Of a DNA stretch of 44,285 nucleotides, positions 36,931 to 44,285 are shown in pieces. The position numbers were made by a program, and so were the translations under genes. Numbering within the stretch: the stretch's first letter is position 1; every line of letters begins with the position of its first letter. Origin of the DNA: Prosthecobacter sp. (GTDB lineage Bacteria; Verrucomicrobiota; Verrucomicrobiia; Verrucomicrobiales; Verrucomicrobiaceae); NCBI GenBank assembly GCA_044361885.1, contig JBIKIA010000001.1, positions 1 to 44,285 of the forward strand. The letters run 5' to 3'. Below the pieces are notes generated by a model. The model was not told the DNA's origin and made no database searches. It was given only the letters and a program-made list of their open reading frames with translations.

Positions 36931-36940
36931 AGGTCTCCAT

Positions 36941-38320
36941 TCAAATCAACTCCGCCAACGGCTTCCCCTGATCCACAATGAAGTTTGGTCGGCCCTGGTG
37001 ATCCATGTATGTCGCATCCAGCGGCACGCCCATGTGGTGGTAGATGGTAGCGGCGAGGTCTCCGGGGGTGACGGGGCGTTCGGAGATCTCGGCGCCGTCC
37101 TTGGTGCTCGCGCCGATGACCTGGCCGTGACGGAAGCCACCACCAGCGAGACTCATGCTCATCACGACGGGCCAGTGGTTGCGGCCATCGGTGCTGCCTT
37201 GCGTGCCGAGGTTCGGGGTGCGGCCAAACTCACCCATGGCAATGACGAGGGTATCGTCCAACATGCCGCGCTCGCCGAGATCGCTGACGAGCGTGGTGAT
37301 GACGTGATCGAAGACAGGCAACAGCGGGCGAAGGCCATTCCAGATGCCGCCGTAGGGCGGGATGTTGTCGCCGTGGTTGTCCCAGGTGCCGGAGGCGCTG
37401 TGATTGCTGAGGTCGATGGTGACGAAGCTTGATCCACGCTCAACGAGGCGACGCGCGAGCAGTGCTTGTTTGGCCCAATCATGATCGCCATAGCGGTCGC
37501 GAACTTTTTGCGGTTCCTGGCTGAGATCGAAGGCCTCCTGCGCACGACCTCCAGCGACGATGTCGAAGGCTTTTTGACCGAAGCTATCCATGGCGGTCAT
37601 CATGCCGCTGGAGTCGATCTCCGCACGCAGACCATCCATTTGCCGACTCAGAGTCTGGCGGGCATGGAGGCGATCCATGCTGAGGCCGGAGGGCAGTTGG
37701 AAGAGCTTGGTGGCGTTATTGCCATCGAAGGGATCATACTGCGTGCCGAGGTAGCCGCCCCAGCCCACATGCGATCGCGATTTCATGTTCAGCACGACGT
37801 AGGGCGGCATCGCGGGATGATTTGAGCCGTGATGCTTCGCCACGATGCTGCCGAAGGAGGGGAAGTACTTCGCCTTCGGATTGGTGCGTGGTTCGTTGGC
37901 GAGGTTCGCGGTCTGCATGACCATGTTCGGCTCGTGATTGCTGAAGCGGCAATCGACCGAGCGGATGATCGTGAACTTGTCGAGCATCGCCGCCTGCTTC
38001 GGCAGGAACTCGCAAATGCGCACGCCGGGAAGCTTTGTCTTGATCGTCTTGAAAGGGCCGCGGTTCTCGATAGGCCGGTCGGGCTTCGGGTCCCAGGTGT
38101 CGATGTGTGATGGCCCACCGGTCATCCAGAGCAGGATGACGGATTTGCCGCTCTTCGTGGCGGTGCCTTCCGCCTTCAGTTTCATCAGGCCGGGCAAAGT
38201 CAGTCCGCCGAGACCTGCGAGGCTCGTTTTCAAAACGGAACGCCTGCCATGCACGACCACACCATCGCGGAGGCGTGGGTTCATGAAGGTGAAAGCGTGA
38301 CCGTGATCGTGGGAGGCCAT
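36941..38320 (-). CDS. DUF1501 domain protein
   Basis: GRRSVLK, KSVILLWMTGGPSHIDTWDPKP, LLARRLVERG, WDNH, GEFGRTP, GRNHWP, DLAATIYH. Confidence 0.93.
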   Translation of the reverse strand: MASHDHGHAFTFMNPRLRDGVVVHGRRSVLKTSLAGLGGLTLPGLMKLKAEGTATKSGKSVILLWMTGGPSHIDTWDPKPDRPIENRGPFKTIKTKLPGVRICEFLPKQAAMLDKFTIIRSVDCRFSNHEPNMVMQTANLANEPRTNPKAKYFPSFGSIVAKHHGSNHPAMPPYVVLNMKSRSHVGWGGYLGTQYDPFDGNNATKLFQLPSGLSMDRLHARQTLSRQMDGLRAEIDSSGMMTAMDSFGQKAFDIVAGGRAQEAFDLSQEPQKVRDRYGDHDWAKQALLARRLVERGSSFVTIDLSNHSASGTWDNHGDNIPPYGGIWNGLRPLLPVFDHVITTLVSDLGERGMLDDTLVIAMGEFGRTPNLGTQGSTDGRNHWPVVMSMSLAGGGFRHGQVIGASTKDGAEISERPVTPGDLAATIYHHMGVPLDATYMDHQGRPNFIVDQGKPLAELI

Positions 38321-38329
38321 GCACACACC

Positions 38330-38356
38330 TACGCTGGCAAAGAGACTATCTTCTCA
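38330..38356 (-). promoter_or_regulatory. ECF-sigma-like internal promoter
   Basis: TGAGAA-N17-CGTA, 9 nt before ATG, overlapping the upstream gene's end. Confidence 0.55.
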
Positions 38357-40550
38357 GCACGAACTCTTTCGCGTTCACGAGCGACCACGCGATGTCTTCC
38401 AGCGTGGCGCGGCGGTCTTTGGTGGAGACGAGGAGGGATTCCATGACTTTGGCTTCATCCGCAGTTGGTGCACGAGTCAGTAGCGCCCAGTAGAGGTCGC
38501 GCACGATATGCGCGGGGCTTTCCATCTTCGCGAGAGTGGTCAGGCGGTTGTATTTGTCGCGAATGACTCGTCCGACGACGGGGCCGCTCATGAACTGGAA
38601 AATCTGGCCGATGGTGCTGTCGTTGGCGCGTTCACACTCGCAGCTCAGTTCGCGCTTGGGTTTGCCAAATTGGATCAAGAAAGCCTCGGGCGACGTCGGA
38701 TCAGGGCTGCTACGACCGCCGCGTGGTCCGGCCATCTGTCCGGCGCGCGTGCCGGCAGCGAAACCCTCAAAAGTAGGCCGCACCCACATGGCACTGTGCA
38801 GTGAAGCAAAGAGCTTTTCGGCACTGAGGCGGCGCAGAAGCGTGTGCGAGTAGTTCGTCTCGTCGTCGGCATTCGTGTCATTCGGCAAGCTGTCGAGTTG
38901 ATAAGTCCGACTCAGCATGATGGTTCGGATGACATGGCGGAGATCGAAGCCGCTGCGGATGAAGTCCTGCGTCAGTTCATCCAGTAGCTTTGGATGGCTC
39001 GCGGGATTCGTGAGGCGGAAGTCATCCACAGGATCGACGAGGCCGCGCCCCATGAGGTAATACCAGATGCGATTGACCTGCGCTTTGGCAAAGATCGGGT
39101 TGGATTCACTGGTGAGCCACTTCGCGGCGGCCTGGAGTTCGTCCTGATTGTCGGCGAGTTTAGGCATGTCAGCACCGAGGAAGCGCGGGCGCGCATTTTC
39201 ACCCGTGCGTGGATTTTCGACGGTGAGCTTGGGATTGAGGAATACGACCTACTCTCCCTTGAACTCATGCTTGTCATTCTTGTCCTTGCGTTGGTTATCC
39301 AGGATCTTGTAATCCACCTGACCGAAAATGGCGGACCAGTTGTAGTAGTCGTCCTGCGTCCAGCGGTCGAAGGGATGATTGTGGCACTCGGCACACTGAA
39401 GGCGGGCACCGAGGAAGACTTGCGCGGCGGCCACGGCGCGGGTTTGTGGCGTGCGATTGGCGCGGTAAAAGTTCGAGGCTGGCTCGTGGTAGGTGCTGCC
39501 GCGCGAGGAGATCATCTCGCTGACGAACTCGTTCATCGGGCGGTTGGCGGCGATGGCATCGCGAATCCAGCCGTGGAAGGCTTTCATGCCCTGCTCATCC
39601 AGCGTGCGGCCTTCGACCTTCAGCACATCGGCCCACTTCAGCGCCCAGAAGTCAGCGAACTCCTGGCGGACGAGAAGCCTGTCGATGAGGCGAGCGCGTT
39701 TATCGGGAGATTTGTCGGAGACGAAGGCGATGGATTCATCCGCCTTCGGCACGTTGCCGAGTAGATCAAGGTAAGCACGGCGGAGGAAGACCTCGTCTTT
39801 GCAGTCCTTGCTCGGATTGATGCGCAGGGTTTTGAGCTTCGAGAAGATGTGCGCGTCGATGAAGTTGAAGCGACGTGGCTTAGCCCAGACGAACTGTGGA
39901 TTGCTGCGCACGAAGGTGAGACTCATGGGCACGCTGTGATTCAAATAGCGCACGAGCACGCTGGGCTCACCAAACTGGAGGCGCTTCACCAAGCCGTTGC
40001 GGGTGACTTCGACGAGGCCGTTTTGCAGCGGCTCATAGACGGCGCGCTCAGTGACATCACGCTGCGTGCCGTTGCTGAGCGTGATGGTGGCTTTGAGCTG
40101 CACCTGGCTCTGGGGTTCGTCAATGATCTGCTCGCGCGGGGTGACATCGAGCTTGGTCACGCGGGCATCTTTGTCGCTTGCGTCAGGCATCCCGGAGGCG
40201 ATCCAGTCGCGCAGCACTTGGTATTCCCAGCTCTTCGAATCGAAGCGTTTGCCACCTTCATGCGCGAGCTGGTTGGTGGCTTTGACGAGCATCAAACTCG
40301 ACTCGGGAGCGAAGGTATTGACGCGGCGGCCCGAGACATCGCGAGTGAGTGCGGTGAAGTCGTGGTCGATGTCCTGGCCGCGCAGCGAGAGCTTGAAGCC
40401 GCCTTTACCCGTCGCATTGCCATGGCAGGTGCCGAGATTGCAGCCCGCCTTCGATATCGCCGCCATGACATCATTCCGAAACGACGGCACCTCCGCGCTG
40501 ACGAGCAATGGAGACAGGGCAACGAAGAACCAGAGGGGACGTGAATACAT
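38346..40550 (-). pseudogene. DUF1549/DUF1553 protein interrupted by one in-frame TAG
   Basis: The two ORFs share a frame; KHEFKGE*VVFLNPK...PRFLG with TAG at 39249-39251; CNLGTCHG, CAECHNHPFDRW, FAKAQVNRIW, ASHPKLL, KEFVLR. Confidence 0.85.
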
Positions 40551-40565
40551 TCGGATGCGGAAAGC

Positions 40566-40592
40566 AACGCAGGCCGTGGGCCAATCTTTACG
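40566..40592 (-). promoter_or_regulatory. ECF-sigma-like promoter
   Basis: CGTAAA-N17-CGTT, overlapping the glnD stop, 15 nt before ATG. Confidence 0.4.
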
Positions 40593-43401
40593 CAGCGGCT
40601 CTCTCTGCCGGCTGCTTTCCGCCGATGGGCTGGAAGATCGCGGCCTCCAGCGTGGTCTTGAGGGTGTCGATCTGCTCTTTGTCTCGGAGTTTGTCGCCGT
40701 TGGCGGTCTGGATGTAGATGGCGTCAATGGCGACGCCTTTTTCCGTGCTGATGCGCGCGTGGGTGATGCTGTGGCCGAGTTTGCCGATGGCCATGAAGAG
40801 ATCGTAGAGGAGTCCAAGCCGGTCCACTACTTGCAGTTCGGCCACGGTTTGATCGTGCGAGATGTCGTTGTTGATGAACGCGCGCTGTGGGATCTCGGCC
40901 ATGACTTCGTCGAAGCCGGGGGTCTCTTTTCGGCTGGCGGCGATGGAGGGGCCGAAGTCGAACTTCTGCTGAAGGAAGGCGGCACGCACGGCCTGTTCAA
41001 CACGCTGTTTGGCGCTCTTGCTGGTGACGGCGGCGAAGTTCGTGTTGCAGACGCGGAAGATGTCGAGAACGAGATTGTCGCTGCGCTGGTAGAGATCGGC
41101 GCTGAGAATATTGATGCTCTGCGCGGCGAGCGCGCCGGAGATGCGGGCGAGCAGCAGGCGGCGATCCCAGCAGGTGACGACGAGCTCGCTGTAGCCTTGT
41201 TCGGCGTGGTCTTCCCAGGTCATGACGGGCATGAGTCCGGCATCGGCGTCTTCCTGCGTGAGCTGGACAAAGAACTGCCGGAACTGGCGGATGTGAGCGG
41301 CGATTTGCGCGGGGTCGCGGTAGTTGAAGTAGCTGCGCGGCATGTGCTGGAAGTGCGCGCTGATTTCGAGTCCAAAGTCGGCTTCGAGTTCTTTTTTAAC
41401 GGCCTCGCGGACATCGTCCAGCGGAACGGCGATGCGGCGCTTGAAGTCGGCTGGCGCATCAAGATAAGCGACGGTGCTGTGGTAGAGCTGAAGGATGGAG
41501 GCTTCTTTGTAGCCTGACCAACTGGCGTCGCTCGTGCCCTTCGAGTCGGCGTAGGTCATGACGAGCAGCGTGTCGAGATACTCCTTCGTCTTCACGATGG
41601 CGGCCACTTCGCCGATGACCTGGGGATCATCCAGATTCGCGGTGGTGGCAGTGCGATACATGAGCAGGTGGTTATCCACAAGGAAGAGCAGCAGCTTGCG
41701 GCGCTCTCCTTTGATCGAAAGTCGGCGACACACCGCATCCGCCATGATGGTGCTTTCGGCATCGTGAGCTTTCGCGTTTGCAGCGCGGCCGGCATCGTGA
41801 AGCAGAAGCGCGAGGTAGAGGATCTCGGGCTGGTGTAGGTCGTGAAACAACTGCTGGTAGAGCGGGCGCACTTTGATGCGGGCGTCGCTGAGTTCATCGA
41901 GCATGTCGATGGTGCGCAGCGTGTGCTCGTCCGCGGTGTAGCGGTGGAAGAACTCATGCTGCACGAGGTTCGTCATCGCGCCGAACTCGGTCATGTAACG
42001 CCCGATGAAGCCGACGCGGTGCATTTGCCGCAGCACGCGGGCGACGTCGCCTTTTTTGGCGAGAATGGCGAGGAAGGTTTCGCGGACGCTTTTGTTGTAG
42101 CGGTAGCTCACGTTCACGAGGCGAAAGCTTTCCTGCATGATCTGGAAAAGCTCCGGGCTCATGCGCAGATGGCGCTGCTGCGTGTACAGGAAGGTGCGCA
42201 TGAGGCGCGTGGGATCTTCTTTGTAAACGGTGCGTGCCTCGGGGTAGAGGCGCTCGTTCTTCACGATGAAGCCATCCAGCTTCTCTGCACGCTTCTGAGC
42301 TGCCTTGCGGCGCGCCATGAAGCTGAGCAAACCACGCTTCGTCTCTTGACCTTCCAGCGCGGCGAGGTGGAAGCGGTCCATAACCTCGCTGCTGCGCTGG
42401 AGGATGTTGCGCGTGGCGGTGTAGTAGTCGCGCATGAAGGCCTCGATGCGGCGTAGGATGCGTTTGTGACGGTAGCCGAGGTTGGATGCGACGAAGCCCT
42501 GCAAGCGGAGCGTGAGGATGTCACTGGCTCGGCGCTCGGTGTAGTGCATTTCATTGCGAGCGCGGAGGATGAAGTCATAGGCTTCCTCCAGCTCACGCCA
42601 GCCAGCCGGGGTCATCAGGCCTTTCTGAACGAGCTCCTTCGGGTTCAGCGTGCGCAGTTTGGCGTATGACATCCAGATGAGGTTCTGGTAGTCACGCAGA
42701 CCTCCGCAGCCGCTCTTCACGTTAGGCTCCTGAACACAGTGGGTGCTGCCATGCTTGGCATGTCGGCTGGCGAGATCTTCCTGGCGTTGCTTGAGAAATT
42801 CTTCCTCGCGCCCGGTCATGCATTCCTTGTCAAAGCGGGAGCGGAACTCATGGAAGGGACCTTCACTGCCACAAAGCAAGCGAGCCTCCATGAGCGCGGT
42901 CTTCGTCTGCATGTCTTCGTTGGCGAGTTCGATGCAACCGCCGACGGAGCGCGTGGCACGACCGACTTTAAACTTCAGATCGTAAAAGTAGAGCAGGTAA
43001 TCCGCGATGAGTTTGGCGGTGTCAGCAGGAACCTGGGCTCCGTTCCCTGGCAGCATGAAGGTGAGATCGACATCGCTGAACGGACTCATGATGCGGCGGC
43101 CATAACCGCCATGGGCGACGACGCTGAAATTGATCTTCGCACGTTTGTCCGGAGGCAGTGCGGCGAGGCTTTCGGCCCAGAGCTGGCGCGCTAGGCAGTC
43201 GATGACATCCGAGCGCATGCGGCAGATCTCCGCACCGCCGACTCCGGCGCGATGACGCTGCTTGATGCGGGTTTCTTTGAGCTTCAGGAAACGCTTCGCG
43301 AGCTTCAGCGTCTCGGTTCGGCTGTGAGGCAGAGCGCTGTCATCGCCAAAGATTTTCAGCCGGATGGCTTCGACATGTTTCTGATACTCGCGCTCGGTCA
43401 T
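40588..43401 (-). CDS. glnD: [Protein-PII] uridylyltransferase
   Basis: HGGYGR..SPFSDVDL, EPNVKSGCGGLRD, FHRYTADEHTL, LLHD, two ACT domains (DRRLLL, DRLGLL). Confidence 0.96.
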   Translation of the reverse strand: MTEREYQKHVEAIRLKIFGDDSALPHSRTETLKLAKRFLKLKETRIKQRHRAGVGGAEICRMRSDVIDCLARQLWAESLAALPPDKRAKINFSVVAHGGYGRRIMSPFSDVDLTFMLPGNGAQVPADTAKLIADYLLYFYDLKFKVGRATRSVGGCIELANEDMQTKTALMEARLLCGSEGPFHEFRSRFDKECMTGREEEFLKQRQEDLASRHAKHGSTHCVQEPNVKSGCGGLRDYQNLIWMSYAKLRTLNPKELVQKGLMTPAGWRELEEAYDFILRARNEMHYTERRASDILTLRLQGFVASNLGYRHKRILRRIEAFMRDYYTATRNILQRSSEVMDRFHLAALEGQETKRGLLSFMARRKAAQKRAEKLDGFIVKNERLYPEARTVYKEDPTRLMRTFLYTQQRHLRMSPELFQIMQESFRLVNVSYRYNKSVRETFLAILAKKGDVARVLRQMHRVGFIGRYMTEFGAMTNLVQHEFFHRYTADEHTLRTIDMLDELSDARIKVRPLYQQLFHDLHQPEILYLALLLHDAGRAANAKAHDAESTIMADAVCRRLSIKGERRKLLLFLVDNHLLMYRTATTANLDDPQVIGEVAAIVKTKEYLDTLLVMTYADSKGTSDASWSGYKEASILQLYHSTVAYLDAPADFKRRIAVPLDDVREAVKKELEADFGLEISAHFQHMPRSYFNYRDPAQIAAHIRQFRQFFVQLTQEDADAGLMPVMTWEDHAEQGYSELVVTCWDRRLLLARISGALAAQSINILSADLYQRSDNLVLDIFRVCNTNFAAVTSKSAKQRVEQAVRAAFLQQKFDFGPSIAASRKETPGFDEVMAEIPQRAFINNDISHDQTVAELQVVDRLGLLYDLFMAIGKLGHSITHARISTEKGVAIDAIYIQTANGDKLRDKEQIDTLKTTLEAAIFQPIGGKQPAERAAA

Positions 43402-43416
43402 GCTCAGGATCGGGGA

Positions 43417-43950
43417 TCAAAAATGGATGAGCGAATGGATCGGCCCGGTGTGGACGATCTTCTGGCGACCTTCGAGGAAGCTGAGCTCGATGAAGAAGGT
43501 GGAGCCAAGCAATGTGGCACCAGAGTCCTGGATGAGTTTCAAAGCAGCGCCGGCAGTGCCACCGGTGGCGAGGAGGTCATCCGCCAGCAGCACGCGATCA
43601 CCAGGCGCGAGGGCGTCAATGTGCATCTCCACATTGTTCGTTCCGTATTCAAGGCTGTAGTCTAGGCCGTGGGTCTTCCACGGCAGCTTGCCTTTTTTCC
43701 GCACGGGGATGAAGCCTGCGCCAAGCCGCTGGGCGATCATGGCACCGAAGATGAATCCACGTGCGTCGATGCCGACGACCTTGTCCACCTGCTGACCGGC
43801 GAAGGGCTCGATCATGCCGTCGATGGCGAGCTGCATGAGCTTCGCATCCGCGAGGACGGGAGTTATGTCTTTGAAAAGAATGCCCGGCTTTGGAAAGTCG
43901 GGCACGTCACGGATGGCACTGCGGAGCTGGGCGAGAGAGTCAGAAAACAT
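43417..43950 (-). CDS. apt: Adenine phosphoribosyltransferase
   Basis: IRDVPDFPKPGILFKDITP, GIDARGF, RKKGKLP, YSLEYG, DDLLATGGT. Confidence 0.98.
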   Translation of the reverse strand: MFSDSLAQLRSAIRDVPDFPKPGILFKDITPVLADAKLMQLAIDGMIEPFAGQQVDKVVGIDARGFIFGAMIAQRLGAGFIPVRKKGKLPWKTHGLDYSLEYGTNNVEMHIDALAPGDRVLLADDLLATGGTAGAALKLIQDSGATLLGSTFFIELSFLEGRQKIVHTGPIHSLIHF

Positions 43951-43987
43951 GGCGCGGCAGTCTTGGAGGACTGCCGCGCCGATGCAA
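43951..43987 (-). promoter_or_regulatory. Perfect 12-bp inverted repeat abutting the apt ATG, coincident with a sigma70-like promoter
   Basis: GGCGCGGCAGTC-N6-GACTGCCGCGCC (43951-43980); minus strand TTGCAT-N17-AAGACT-N8-ATG. Confidence 0.55.
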
Positions 43988-44019
43988 GGATGGAGATGGA
44001 GGCTTTTTCGAGCAAAGTA

Positions 44020-44285
44020 TCAACGACCGAAGGAAAAACTCCAGCTCACGCCGCCACGTGAGGGCGGGCAGGAGGGGCGATATCCGCCGTGACTGTGACC
44101 TTGGTAGTGACTGCGCGGGCTGCAGGTGCTGCATCCGCAGGAGGAGTTCTGGGTGACCCAGCGGCCGACGGGATTGCCGCAGCGATCATGGCCGTAGATC
44201 TGATAGACGGCATACACGGGGCGCCCGCAGGGCAGGTAGCTGATGATGCGACTGTGCGGGGTGGAGCAGCGATCCCATGCCTGGG
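44020..44285 (-). CDS. Small Cys/His/Tyr-rich, probably secreted hypothetical protein (5' end outside the window)
   Basis: Frame open to the edge: QAWDRCSTPHSRIISYLPCGRPVYAVYQIYGHDRCGNPVGRW...CGCSTC...WSFSFGR. Confidence 0.65.
   Translation of the reverse strand, partial: QAWDRCSTPHSRIISYLPCGRPVYAVYQIYGHDRCGNPVGRWVTQNSSCGCSTCSPRSHYQGHSHGGYRPSCPPSRGGVSWSFSFGR

Noticed and set aside
31582-39251. TAG reassignment (recoding or pyrrolysine) suggested by two in-frame ambers
   Set aside because: TAG ends intact genes here (comF, pheA, amidohydrolase, Hsp70, gluconolactonase); one affected gene also has a frameshift; no pyl genes are visible

Overview
A GC-rich (~60-65% by eye) bacterial chromosomal window, almost certainly Verrucomicrobiota/PVC. 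The evidence is DUF1501 and DUF1549/DUF1553/planctomycete-cytochrome genes, C-rich non-SD leaders and GTAG-type REPs. Most genes are housekeeping: kefG-like, ymdB-family, rho, yebC, accD, comF, recN, pheA, comM/yifB, an Hsp70, trpD, glnD and apt. Accessory units are interspersed. Most notable: (1) a membrane kinase plus receiver/pseudokinase pair resembling Ralstonia PhcS/PhcR quorum sensing, with no local synthase; (2) a promoter-bearing structured RNA/leader upstream of yebC-rho; (3) a shared ECF-like promoter motif (AA-N16-GCGTW) ahead of four genes, three of them in DUF1553/DUF1501 modules; (4) a 76-codon foreign-looking in-frame insert in an MMPL exporter; (5) a REP doublet read in-frame inside the Hsp70; (6) candidate Verrucomicrobia LexA boxes at recN and at a small-protein/HNH pair; (7) three broken genes. 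I saw no tRNA, rRNA, CRISPR array, transposase or integrase. Family calls come from motif recognition only; no searches were run.
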